DNA of 64,000 nt, taken from assembly GCF_006345805.1 (NCBI RefSeq), contig NC_043003.1:38936001-39000000 (forward strand), given 5' to 3'. The notes under the pieces are model-generated. The model ran no database searches, was not told where the DNA came from, and saw only the letters and a list, made by a program, of their open reading frames with translations. How positions within the stretch are numbered: position 1 is the first letter of the stretch; every line of letters starts with the position of its first letter. Shown one piece after another: positions 23,228 through 35,975 of the stretch. The position numbers and the translations under genes were made by a program. Origin of the DNA: Octopus sinensis (Eukaryota).

Positions 23228-23446
23228 TCATAAGAGCCGGTTTCCAGGTTTCATGGTGTATATATTTCCAACCTGGACGGGCCGCCGATCCGTCGCAGGA
23301 TTACTCATTTTTGCCAGCTGAGTGGACTGGAGCAATGTGAAATGAAGTGTTTTGCTCAAGAACGCAACGCGTCGCCCGGTCCAGAAATCGAAACCACAAT
23401 CTTACGATTATGAGTCGAACACCTTAACCACTAAGCCACGCGCCTC
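23228..23446 (-). mobile_element. SINE family C head with tail type 2
   Basis: GAGGCGCGTGGCTTAGTGGTTAAGG head; tail CCTGCGACGGATCGGCGGCCCGTCCAGG differs from type 1. Confidence 0.8.
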
Positions 23447-23829
23447 TGCATGTCCATAGCATGGAGTTGTGACTCTCAATGCGGAGAAGTAGCGTCTCTA
23501 CCAGGGAAGACTCTCTGATCTCCAAGTTACACGCTTTGTCGAGTGACGTTACCCCAGGGATCCTTCAGAGGAATCCCATTGCGGCTACTTGTATTCGAAA
23601 TCGTACGGTCATTACACGACATTCATGACCATAAATGAGGATAGGCGCGGAAATCGAATTGAAGTTAGTGGGATTGGCTTTTTTTTTTTTTTTTTACCAA
23701 TTTTTCCTCTTCAGAGGATCGAATGAGATGCACAAACGGGTTTTCACATTTTTTCCATCTACCAAATTCTTTCACAAAGCATTAATTGGCGTAGGGCTAT
23801 AATGGAAGACATTTATCCAAAGTGCTGTA

Positions 23830-24690
23830 CCTGTTTACAAAGCGAGCTTCTCAATAAAACAGCAAGGCCTTCGCTACAATCATGCAATTTACACAATCTC
23901 CTGGTCTTCTTTGAGCTCAAGAATATTACTGGCTGGTTACTGCAACACTCAGATTTTCTTACTTTTGATGATGTCTTTAATTATTCAATGTAATTATGCC
24001 TCTGATCGTTATAATGTTGAAAAGCTCACGGGCAATCTTGCTATATGAAAGCATAATCTTCTCCAAGATCTCCAGATATGGTATATTCTTTACGATGCCC
24101 TTCGGCTAATGTGTGTGATTGACCCCTTTTCCAGATGTTGTCTGAGATCGTGACATAATTATCACATTACTTAAACTGTCATATTCACGCAATCTAGATG
24201 AAACTCTGTATGACGTCGGACGTACACTCGGCCGCAAGAGTCGAACAAAATACGTTTCACTTCATCTGATCACAAGATTTTGACCAGTCAGACGAGTCCA
24301 CCTCTTACATCTATTAAAAATCTAAAACTAGACACATGAGTTTTTTCTGAGAAATGTACGCCCCTCCCCCTGCCTTATTTACTCATAACAAGTCCAACAA
24401 GCTCAAACTGCTTTGGTCTATTCTATCGAACGTCGTTCAAAATGTCAACGACAGCCAGTCAGTCAGTTTCCATATACAAACACAGACAAACAATGAATGC
24501 ATCGATCCACTTTTTTTTTGTATCTTTTCGCAGCCGCCCTGACCAAGAACGGTCAGATTAGCCACCAGATTCATTAATAATAGACCGGAATATGATGTGT
24601 AGCTGTTATTGAGTATCTAACTTCACCAGCTATGGCTCCACCATTTTTTTTCTGCTTATGCAGTTGAACAATTCTCAATTGTTTTTCATG
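23830..24690 (-). mobile_element. Decayed Tc1 (DD34E-type) transposase remnant
   Basis: NESGG*SDRSWSGRLRK (cf. ETG..DRPRSGRPRK); WSKIL*SDEVKRILFDSCGRVYVRR (cf. WSDESK..GRVYVRR); LGEDYAFI*QD; VLQ*PAS (cf. WPAQSP). Confidence 0.7.
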
Positions 24691-24739
24691 GTAAGCTTTT
24701 TCGTTTGCGCGTCACAACAGATATTGGCGCGTTATATCA

Positions 24740-26120
24740 TTAACATTGGTTTCAAATTTTGGGAACAAAGGCCGAGGGCCCAGTCGATTACATCGACCCT
24801 AGCGCTCAACAGGTACTTATTTAATCGATCCCGAAAAGATGAAAAGCAAAGTCAACCTCGGTGGAATTTGAACTCAGAACGTAAAGACGGACGAAATGCC
24901 GCTAAGCGCTTCGCCCGGCATGCTAACGATTCTACCAGCTCGACACCTTTATTATATCATTGATATTGATTTCAAATTTTGCACAAGGCCAGCAATTTCG
25001 GGACAAGAGAGTAAGACGATTACATCGACCTCAGTGTTCAACTGGTATTTATCTTATCGACTTCGAAAGGCTGAAAGGCAAAGTCGACCTCAGCGGAATT
25101 TGAACTCAGAACGGGAAGACGGTTGAAATGCCGCTAAGCATTCTGGGTTCAAATTCCCTCGCGGTTGACTTTGACTTTTAGCCTTTCGAAGTCGATGTAA
25201 TCGACTTACTTGCTCCCTCGAAGCTGCTGGCCTTGTGCCAAAATCTGAAATCAATATTAATAGTTAATTAAAAGACGGTGAGCTGGCAGAATTGTCAGCG
25301 AGTCGCACAAAACGTTTAGCCGTATTTCTTCAAGCTTTACGTTCTGAGTTCAAACTCTGCCGTGGTAGCTTTTGCCTCCCGTCACTTCGGATTCGATAAA
25401 ATAAGTACCGGTTGACTACCGGAATCAATGTAATCGACTTAAGCTCCCCTAAAATTGTTAGCCTTAATATCGGTTTCAAATTTTGACACAAGGCCAAATT
25501 TTGACACGGGAAGAGGGTAAGTCGATTACATTGACCCCAGAGTTCAACTGATGCTTCTTTTATTGACTTCCGAAAGGATGAAAGGCGAAGTCAACTTCGG
25601 CGGAATTTGAACTCAGAACGTAAAGTTGGATGAAATGCCACTAAGCATTTTGTCCAGCGTGCTAACGATTCTGCCAGCTCGCCGACTTACAATACAGTAT
25701 ATATTTCTTTACTACCCACAAGGGGCTAAACACAGAGGGGACAAACAAGGACAGACAAACGGATTAAGTCGATTACATCGACCCCAGTGCGTAACTGGTA
25801 CTTATTTTCTTCACCCTGAAAGGATGAGAGGCAAAGTCGACCTCGGCGGAATTTGAACTAGGAACGTAACGACAGACGAAATACCTATTTCTTTATTACC
25901 CACAAGGGGCTAAACACAGAGAGGACAAACAAGGATAGACAAACGGATTAAGTCGATTATATCGGCCCCAGTGCGTAACTGGTACTTATTTAATCGACCC
26001 CGAAAGGATGAAAGGCAAAGTCGACCTCGGCGGAATTTGAACTCAGAACGTAGCGACAGACGAAATACCGCTAAGCATTTCGTTTGGCGTGCTAACGTTT
26101 CTGCCAGCTCGCCGCCTTCG
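24740..26120. mobile_element. Cluster of about seven SINE-B units in mixed orientation, ending in a - strand dimer (25705-26120)
   Basis: Repeated B core on both strands; dimer junction GAAATACCTATTTCTTTA near 25880. Confidence 0.85.
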
Positions 26121-26384
26121 TACTATGCATTCTAATATCGAATATTAATAGTTTTTCGAAAACGTTTCTTAAATTAAGTAACGTTCATTTTTGTAGTTTA
26201 TCAATACTGTCACTAATTTTTTTTACATTAATTAAAATATACGCGTTTAAACTTACAAGATTCAAAAGAATAAAACGTTCTCATTTTCTTCACATTTCAT
26301 TTCAGTCATCGTTAATAAACGGAAATAATTAACGTTTAATTATAAGTTTACTTTCGTGTTTAAATTAACTACCACCACTTATAT

Positions 26385-26640
26385 GGGCTCCATAGTACAA
26401 ATGTCTTGTTTTCAAAAGTTCTGAATTAAAGTTTTCCACCAAACCTTAGTCACAATTTATGTTCCTAACACTAGCTTAATGATAACTAAGTTATTTTACT
26501 AAATTCTTTGTTATATTTAAAGTAATTGAAAGAAACACAGAGCATCTCAACAGAAATATAGTAAGAAAAGGGTTAAAATATATAATAGAGAAACAATTCT
26601 TAACCCTTTTGATACCAACCTGGCTGAAACTGCCTCTGGG
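26385..26640. mobile_element. piggyBac-like MITE pieces: right end AAGGG-TTAA (26576) followed by a left end TTAA-CCCTTT (26600)
   Basis: TTAA target and CCCT termini are piggyBac hallmarks; AT-rich non-coding interior. Confidence 0.55.
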
Positions 26641-26644
26641 ATCC

Positions 26645-26968
26645 GTCGACGCTACTCGCTAAGTGTGTGTGTATAAATCATGCATTACGCTATCAACCAG
26701 ATTATCGGATGTTGTTATACATCGCCGGTCACAATGCACTCTGCATCCTTTTAGCTTTCGAATGATGCCACCCCGCTGGCCAGACGAGCAGACCCACACT
26801 CCCCCTCATCGAAGGGCTTATAGTCCTTCGCAATGTTACCCGTTTACAGCTGAATGGATCGGGGCAACGTGAAATGAAGTGTTTTGCTCAAGGACACAAC
26901 GCGCAGCCGGTCTGAGAATCGAAACCAAAGTCTCACGATCGCGAATGCAACAACTCTAACCAATAGGC

Positions 26969-26975
<7 letters not shown>
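26645..26975 (-). mobile_element. SINE family C head with tail type 3
   Basis: Head/CORE-like part matches 23340-23446; tail GGGGTGGCATCATTCGAAAGC..CATTGTGACCGGCGATG is unrelated to types 1 and 2. Confidence 0.7.
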
Positions 26976-27049
<74 letters not shown>

Positions 27050-27416
27050 TTTATGAATTTTTGTTGCAAGATTCCTGATGTGAAACCATGTGTTGATACA
27101 GGCATTATTATATTTCGGGACGGTCACCCATTTTTTTTTTGGGGGGGGGGGTGAAGGGCAAATAAACACACGCACTATATATTCGTTTTTTATTCGTTTA
27201 TTGCAGTCCTTCCTTATTTTAACTTATGCCCATTGTCCGGAAATCTTTCGTCACACATCTGTTACCTCTTCAGCGACACTTTCCGTCCTCGTGTATGCTC
27301 TTGCTCTGCTTAACCCATTCTGTTCGTCTGTAGATAGAAGATAAACATACCAACAAGAAGTGTGTTAATGGTGTGACAAGCACAGACACACACACACTCA
27401 CAAACACACACACTTA

Positions 27417-27466
<50 letters not shown>

Positions 27467-27469
27467 TAT

Positions 27470-27630
27470 CCGACAGGATCCTTTCAGTTTCCATCTACCA
27501 AATCCATTCACTAGGCTTTGGTCGGTCCGGGACTATAGTAGAAGACACCTTGGCAAAGGTGCCACGCAGTGAGACTGAACCCGGAACCCCGTGGTTGGGA
27601 AACAAGCTTTTTATCATACTGGCACGCTTG
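27470..27630 (-). mobile_element. SINE family A, 5' half
   Basis: CTTTCAGTTTCCATCTACCAAATCC..GGTGCCACGCAGTGAGACTGAACCCGG. Confidence 0.8.
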
Positions 27631-27654
27631 CGCCTATTATATATGTTGTGTGAA

Positions 27655-28050
27655 AGCGGTGAGCTGGCAGAAACGTTAGCACGCCGGGCGAAGTGCCTCG
27701 CGGTATTTCGTCTGCCGTTACGTTCTGAGTTCAAATTCCGCCGAGGTCGTCTTTGCCTTTCATCCTTTCGGGGTCGATAAATTAAGTACCAGTTACGCAC
27801 TGGGGTCGTTGTAATCGACTTGATCCGTTTGTATATCCTTGTTTGTCCCCTCTGTGTTTAGCCTCTTGTGGGTAGTAAAGAAATAGGTATTTCGTCTGCC
27901 GCTACGTTCTGAGTTCAAATTCCGCCGAAGTCGATTTTGCCTTTCATCCTTTCGGTTTCGATAAATTAAGTACCAGTTACGAACTGAGGTCGATCTAATC
28001 GACTGTCTCCCTCTTCCAACATTTCGGGCCTTGTGCTTTGATTAGAAAAA
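27655..28050 (+). mobile_element. SINE family B dimer (long + short tail)
   Basis: GGTATTTCG at 27702 and 27886 (period 184). Confidence 0.9.
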
Positions 28051-28256
28051 TAGATATGTTGTGTGCGTGTGTGTGAATACTTGACCCTACAAACGAGAAA
28101 AAAAAACCCATAAGCTATTTAGAGTATGTTACGAAATCAGTGGTAAACCCTTGAGTAGTGACAGAAAGTTCAACACTACAATGGATATACGTTTACGTAC
28201 GTACTCACAGGAACACACACATACACGCGCGCGCCACTTACATATATAGGTATATA

Positions 28257-28777
28257 TCGTAAATCCTCGAGTATAATCCGCATTTTTTCCCCAAAATTTA
28301 AAGGTCAAAATCCTTAGTGCGTACTCTATACGAGATTAAAAATGAAAATTATTTTCTAAGCAATGTCCGGGTCTCTATTTGCTGTCCGGCAATGTTTATT
28401 CAGACGCATTTTGTGATGTCGGGCGCGAAAATACCTTAAGCTAAGCCTGAAAGCAATGAAGTCATAAAAGAATCACCCATAACTTGCAGTAAGCAACATT
28501 TATTAAACGTTATTAGTCTTATTACTGTTATTTCTTTATTTTGTGCAAACAAAATGCACAAAAATGCTACACGTTTGCATTATGTTATATTTACAATAAT
28601 AATAAAGGACGTTACTGTATACATTTTTACAAACTAAGGACGTTATATAGACTTCCTTGACTCAAGTTAGAGAAGAGGTGCGTATTATACACACGGTTTA
28701 GGTTTTTCAGAGGTACAGCCCCCTAAAAATCCCCTGCGTATTATACACAAGGGCAGACTGTACTCGAGGATTTACGG
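28257..28777. mobile_element. TA-flanked MITE with (C/T)CGTAAATCCTCGAGTA TIRs (Tc1/pogo-type non-autonomous)
   Basis: TA-TCGTAAATCCTCGAGTATA at left; TGTACTCGAGGATTTACGG-TA at right; subterminal TGCGTA.T.TATAC repeats. Confidence 0.8.
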
Positions 28778-28799
28778 TATCTGTACATGCACTAACATA

Positions 28800-29400
28800 C
28801 ACACCCCTACATACACATAGGTATGTATTGGTGCACACACGCATACACATATACACATCCCTGAGCGCGCGCGCACACACACATTCGTACACACTCACAC
28901 GCATGCACATATACAAGTATGTATCTGTGCATTCATAAACACACACATATGCATACACACACATACATACAAACAAGCATAGGTACAAGCGCGTGCACAC
29001 ACACAACACACACACACACGAACTCAATGTTAAATGTACATATAGGTATGTATAGTGCATGCACACACACATGCATACACACACGCACACACATAGACTC
29101 ACTCAAACATACACTCACCCACACACACAGACGCCCACACACAAGCATACACACAAACGTGCGTAACACCACACTCACATGCATACACGCATATATAAGT
29201 ATGTATGGTGCATGTACACACACATACACACACAAGCATACACACACACGCAGACACACATACATGCGTACACACAAGCATACACACAAACCCACCACAC
29301 TCACACAAATACACATAGGTATATATGGTGCATGTACACACACACACACACACACACACACGCATACACACACATGCACATACACATACGCATGCACTAC
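28800..29400. repeat. Degenerate CA-rich minisatellite with recurring ATA(G/A)GTAT.TAT.GTGCA motif
   Basis: Motif recurs about six times at irregular spacing. Confidence 0.7.
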
Positions 29401-29779
29401 ACAAACTGATATCTGAAGATATCGCCTTACGTATTTTCATTCTACACCAAGAAAGCGAGGCTTTGCTTTTAATGATGAAAGAAAGAGAAGTACGACAGCC
29501 GTCCTCTAATTAAACATAATTACAGAGAGCAGGGACTTATTAAGGTGGAAGTGTTTCAACAAATACAGGGGTATACAGCCCATAGAACCAGGTAGAGGTC
29601 ACGTGAATATCTGACAAGGCTCTCCCCCCCCCCAAAAAAAAATAAAAGTGAATAAAAGCCCTCACTGCTTCGTGAGGGGGTAATGTGGGCGAGCCCGAAA
29701 GTAGTCTTGTTCTGCCCTCGTAAAATTTCTGTGGGAGGCGCTGGGAAGAAGAGAGAGAAAACTGAAGATGAAGAGAAAG

Positions 29780-30117
29780 AGGAAGAGAAATGAGAGAGGG
29801 AGAGAGGGAGGGAGAGAGGAGATAGGTAAGAATGAAGGAGAAATAGGTAAAAGGAGCAGGGAAAAGCTAATGAGGAGTCTGCATTTTAGAAATAGACAGA
29901 CAGACAGACAGATAGATAGAACGACAGACAAGCGGACAGACGACAGGTAGATAGATAAATGGATAGATAGATGGATAGATAGATATAAAGACAAACAGAT
30001 AAACTGATATAAAGATAAACAGATGGATAGAAAGACAGACAGACAGACAGATAGAGGGACAAATTGATAGACGCATAGCCAGCTAGCTAGATAGACAGAC
30101 GGACAGATAAATAGACG

Positions 30118-30175
<58 letters not shown>

Positions 30176-30194
30176 GAGGGAGTGAGTGAGTGAC

Positions 30195-30244
<50 letters not shown>

Positions 30245-30469
30245 AGCGAACGAGAAGACTGGGGAAAAGCGAATGGAGATCAAGACCGAGCATATTGCAG
30301 CTCTGTGGAACAAGAGAAGGAAAGGTGAAAGGCGGCAAACATAGAGGGAGGAAGATAGAGAAAGGGGAGGAGAGAAGGGGAGAGAGAAGATGAAGGAAAA
30401 GGGAGATAGAGAGAGAGGATCTAAGATAACTAACTCGTGTTTGTGTGGGACACGTGCAAGCACACGCAC

Positions 30470-30545
<76 letters not shown>

Positions 30546-31260
30546 AAACATCGCAACACTCGATTACGGCAGAGAGAACAGAGAGAAGGACTGCTAGAGT
30601 AAGAGGTAATGATAATGAGAGAAGAAAGAGATGGAGAACGGAGTGTGTGCGTGTATATGTGTGTGTGTGTGAGAATGTTAAGGAGAAAGAGAAAGTGAGG
30701 TGGAGAGAGAGAGAAGAGAGAGAGAAAGAGAGAGATGGAGAGTGAATGGAGAGAGAGAGAGAGAGAGAGAGGGATAGACGGGGTGATAATGTGTACATGT
30801 TTGTATGTTTGGATGTATGAATGAGAATGTGAAAGAGGAAGTGTGTAATGGGAGGACAGAGAGATTAATTGTTAATGTGTGTGTGTGTGTGTGTATGTAT
30901 GTGCATATATAACTGATTAGAGAGTAAGTAAGAGTGAAGACAGATTGCGAGAGAGAGGGTATGGGGGGGCAAAGAGAGAAAGTGTGAGTGAGGGAAAGAG
31001 AGAGAGATAGAGAGATGGTGTGAGACAGTGTTTATGTGTGCGTATGTGTGAATGATAATTAGAGAGAGCGGGAGAGAGAGAGAGAAAGAGAGATGGGAGG
31101 CAAAGTGGAAGGGGGGGCACAGTGATGAAATGAAAAATGTGCGTGCGTATGCGTGTATCTGTGTGTGTGTGCATGTGTGTGTGTGTGTGTGTGCTTGTGC
31201 ATATATGCCTGTATATGTGCGCGTGTATGCGCGTATGTATGTATTAGAGAACTAAAGGGA
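29780..31260. repeat. Low-complexity purine-rich region: (GA)n, (GATA)n, (GACA)n, (CA)n, (TG)n
   Basis: Directly visible. Confidence 0.9.
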
Positions 31261-31491
31261 GAAAGTAAGAGCGAGAGAAAGAGAGATGGAGCGGAAGGGA
31301 GGAAAAGGTGACAGCGTGTTTACCGTCATTGAATTAGAGAGGGTAAGGCGAAGTGAGAGACAGAAGAAAGAGTGAGTGACGGTTTATATGAGTGTTATTG
31401 AAGCGAATAATTCAGTCCAGCACGATATATTTACTTGTGCTTGCCTTCCATTTGTTTTATTCAGTGTTGTGTTGTTGAAAAGCAACCAGCA

Positions 31492-31605
31492 ATGTTGTTG
31501 TGGAGAGTATGTTTGCTGTGTATGTTCACCATTTCGTGGTCGTCTGCTCGCTCGGTGCCGGACGGCTGCCCGAACAAAGATTCTAACGGACAATGTGGCT
31601 ATCAA
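31492..31605 (+). CDS. First coding exon of a probable secreted protein: MLLWRVCLLCMFTISWSSA-RSVPDGCPNKDSNGQCGYQ (exon 31465-31605, phase-0 donor)
   Basis: Acceptor ttccatttgttttattcag (AG 31463-31464); ATG in GCAATG context; hydrophobic signal-peptide-like N-terminus ending SSA; two Cys; donor CAA|gtgagt at 31606; unique, GC-richer sequence. Downstream exons not found in the window. Confidence 0.7.
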
Positions 31606-31759
31606 GTGAGTACTTTACTTCCACATGGACTGTTATTTACTTCGTTTCTTCGTAATTATTTAATTTAAGGTATGAATGTCTCTTCACAGAAAAATATCTG
31701 TCAGCATTATCGTCACCGTCTTAATTCAAGCCCTGCGTTACCTATCCATCGTTGTTGTT

Positions 31760-31960
31760 ACTTAGTCCCGTTTTAGTATTCAAACCCCGATCGAGCAGGC
31801 AGATGTATGATAAGGATTCCAACCGCAACCATCCAGTCCTTCTAAGGGTATCTACCTAACATGCCCTGTCCCATCTCCTTTATCGTTAAGACAGCATTAT
31901 GATTCGAGGGATATTAAGGTGCTATTTCTTGCACGTTGGAGCGACTACGTAAATGCTCCC
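31760..31960 (+). mobile_element. Diverged fourth interspersed family (D); related pieces at ~46270-46450, ~55186-55235, ~58690-58830 (-), ~58950-59060
   Basis: Shared motif T(T/G)(G)CTGCTATTTCTAGCA..G.CG.CCACGTAGA in decayed forms. Confidence 0.45.
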
Positions 31961-31999
31961 TTCTTCTTTATCTCGTGGTTATTTGTTGTTATTATTACT

Positions 32000-32210
32000 G
32001 TTGCAGAATTGTTAGCGCATCGGATAAAATGCTTAGCGGTATTTCGTCCGTCTTTACGTTCCTGAGTTCAAATTACGCCGAGGTCGACTTTGCCTTTCGT
32101 TCTTTGGAGATCGATGAAATAAGTACCAGTCAAGTACTGGGGTCGATGTAATCGACTAGTCCCTTCCTTTTAAAAACTACTGGCTATGTACCAAAATTTG
32201 AATCCATTAT
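32000..32210 (+). mobile_element. SINE family B, short-tail type
   Basis: GAGTTCAAATTACGCCGAGGTCGACTTTGCC core. Confidence 0.85.
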
Positions 32211-32676
32211 TTCGGACAGAGATGGCAGAAAAGGAAACGGTTTAGTAATGGGTCCAATACCAACCGTCATTTAATTTTCGAAACTTTAATGTCCCAAGTT
32301 CAATTCCTGCCAGGGATAGACTTTACTTTCTATCATTCCAGGGTTGACATAATGAGTAAACATCAAAATACTATGGGCGACTTATTCGAGTAACCCCTAC
32401 CCAAAATCTATAGCGCGTGTCCATGTTAGAAATGTTTATTATTATACACGTTATTGTTGTTGTTGTTATTCTGTAATGTTGTTATGTATGTTATTGCCTT
32501 TATGTTATATACATCATTGTTTTATATGCGTTATTGATACAGTTGTTAAATATGTCATTGTTGTTATGTATGTTGTATGTATAACACGCACAGCATGTTG
32601 TAACATCGTTATGTAAGCTGTTGCGTATTTTATGTTGTTTTTCTTTTTGTAACGTGTGATAATGCAGTTATTATGT

Positions 32677-32845
32677 AGGAGTGGCTGTGTGGTGTGGTAA
32701 GTAGCTTGCTTACCAACCACATGGTTCTGAGTTCAGTCCCACTATGTGGTACCTTGGGCAAGTGTCTTCTACTTATAACCTCGGGCCAACCAAAGCCTTG
32801 TGAGTGGATTTGGTTGACGGAAACTGAAAGAAGCCCGTCGTATGT

Positions 32846-32883
<38 letters not shown>

Positions 32884-33095
32884 ATGTTTGTGTGTGTATG
32901 TTCTTGTGTCTGTGTTTGTCCCCCCAACATCGCTTGACAACGGATGCTGGTGTGTTTACGTCCCCGTTGTTTAGCGGTTCGGCAGGAGAGATCGATAGAA
33001 TAAGTACTAGGCTTACAAAGAATAAGTCGACAAAAGGCGGTGCTCCAGCATGGCCACAGTCAGATAACTGAAACAAGTAAAAGAGTAAAGAGTAT
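32677..33095 (+). mobile_element. SINE family A, full length
   Basis: Head, internal TA/TG tract and 3' end present. Confidence 0.9.
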
Positions 33096-33199
33096 ATGTC
33101 TATCTGTTTGTCTGTCTGTCTGTATATATGTATGTATATATGTATGTATGTATGTTGTGGATATGTACGCTTTTACTATTATTCGTCCTTCGGAGTTGT

Positions 33200-34110
33200 G
33201 ACATAATAAGCGTCAGTTGAGCATTGAGGACGATATCATCGACTGGCCCGTCCTTCCAAATTGCAGGCCTTGTGCCTATAATAGAAAGGATCATTATTAT
33301 TATTGTTATTATGATTATATGTTCCATCAAGGTCAATTTTTGCCTTCCATCCTTTAGGGGTCGATAAATTAAGTACTAGTTGAACATTGGGGTGAATGCG
33401 ATCGACTTAACCCACCCCCCTCAAATATCAGGCCTTGTGTCTATTGTAGAAAAGATTATTGTTGTTGTAGTTATTATTATTATCATTATTATTATTAATG
33501 TCCCCGTGGCTTAGCATATATGCCTCTGTGGCATAAAATGTTTTGTCCGTCTTTACTTTCTGAGTTCATATTCCGCCGATATCGACTTTGCCTTCCATCC
33601 TTTCAGGGTCGATAAATTAAATACGAGTGAAAAACCGGGGTCGATGTAATCGACTAGTCCCCCTCTTCCAAAATTTCAGACATTGTGCCTATAGTAGAAA
33701 GGATTATTGTTATTGTTACCAAGGTTGCGAGCTGGAAAATCGATAGCACGCCGGGCAAAACGATTAGCGTCGTTTTATCTGTCCTTACTTTCTGAGTTCA
33801 AATCTCGCTGAGGTCGACTTTGCCTTTCATCCTTCGGGGTCGATAAAATAAGTACCAGCTGAGCATTGGAGTCTAGCCCCTACCCACAAAATTTCAGGTT
33901 TTGTACCAATAATGGAAAGGATTATTATTATTATTATTGCAGAAAGGCAACCAGCTGGCAAAATCGTTAGAATCGGATAAATTATTTCCTTCCTCCGGCT
34001 CCACTTTGGTGTTCATTTACTCCGGGGTTGATAAGATAAAGGACCAGTCGAGTAGAGGGATCGCACTACATTCCATATTTCTGGCTTTGTGCCTAAATCA
34101 GAAAACATTA
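33200..34110 (+). mobile_element. Run of five same-strand short-tail SINE-B units separated by (TAT)/(TGT) tails
   Basis: GGCCTTGTGCCTATA.TAGAAAGGAT-like tail recurs at ~33270, 33440, 33690, 33910, 34095. Confidence 0.8.
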
Positions 34111-34259
34111 TCATCGGTGTTGTTGTTGTTGTTGTTGTTATATATGTTTGTTGTTATTGTTGTAGTTCCGTATGTTATTTTTACGAATGAGATTAATATT
34201 ATTGTTGTTATGAATGTTCTTGTTCTTCACGGAATGTATCCCATGACTGTTTTAAAACC

Positions 34260-34700
<441 letters not shown>

Positions 34701-34707
34701 ATTCGGT

Positions 34708-35006
34708 GGTTGAAAATGCACTTGAGTTTTGAAACGAATTTAATTTTTTAATATTTTGTTTTAAATGTAACAAAACAAAATTTTCGAGTATGTTCTATCG
34801 CTATGAAACTTTTTCTTGTGCCTTTTCTTTCTTATAAAAGTTAATTTTGTTTTTTTTAATGTTTTTTTATTTACTCTTGAAAAACAAAAACAAACAAAAA
34901 ACTGTTTAATCATGTATGGTATTGGAATAAAAGAAAAATATTTAGGAAAATAATTAAAACCCCACCAGCTAAAATACGTTTTAAAACCCAAGAGCATTTT
35001 CAATCC
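34708..35006. mobile_element. AT-rich MITE-like element with ~29-bp imperfect TIRs
   Basis: GGTTGAAAATGCACTTGAGTTTTGAAACG versus reverse complement of CGTTTTAAAACCCAAGAGCATTTTCAATCC. Confidence 0.65.
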
Positions 35007-35049
35007 TCAAAGCATTGCTACTTGTGTAGATCTAAATCTTTTTTTGTAT

Positions 35050-35063
35050 ATATAGGTATGTAT

Positions 35064-35117
<54 letters not shown>

Positions 35118-35162
35118 ATATAATACATATACTATATATATATGCACCCATATAATATATAT

Positions 35163-35202
<40 letters not shown>

Positions 35203-35329
35203 CATATATATTATATTATATATATATATAATATATATTTAATATGGGTGCATATATATATAGTATATGTATATAATATATATATATATACATATACTAT
35301 ATATATATGCACCCATATAATATATATAT

Positions 35330-35361
<32 letters not shown>

Positions 35362-35606
35362 ATATCATATATATATATATCATATATATATATATATATA
35401 TAATATGGGTGCATATATATATAGTATATGTATATATATATATATATATAATATGTGTGTATATATATTATATGTATATATGTATATTATATCCGCTATG
35501 TGCATATATATATATACACGCTGCTTTATGTACATGCATGAAACAAATAAAATCTTCGTCTTTGATCTAAGTTATATATATTGTATATATATATATATAT
35601 ATATAT

Positions 35607-35658
<52 letters not shown>

Positions 35659-35720
35659 TATATTATATGTGCATATATACGTATATGTATATATATGTAA
35701 TATATAATATATATATATAT
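35050..35720. repeat. TA-rich tract containing an alternating inverted unit (35122-35432)
   Basis: ATACATATACTATATATATATGCACCCATAT and its reverse complement alternate four times. Confidence 0.9.
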
Positions 35721-35819
35721 ATCATATGTGTGCATGTGAGTATGGGGTATAAGTGTCTGTATTCTCTCTCTGCCTCTCCCTGTCTCTCTCTTCACAATAT
35801 ATATATATATATATATATA

Positions 35820-35942
35820 TACCAACCACATGGTTCCGGGTTCAGTCCCACTGTGTGGCACCTTGGTCAAGTGTCTTCTGCTATAGCCTCGGGCTAAGCC
35901 TTGTGATTGGATTTAATTGACGGAATCTGAAAGAAGTCGTCG

Positions 35943-35975
<33 letters not shown>

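Noticed and set aside
29660-29705. Two small GC hairpins followed by GAAA
   Set aside because: No CUGANGA-like core upstream; single occurrence
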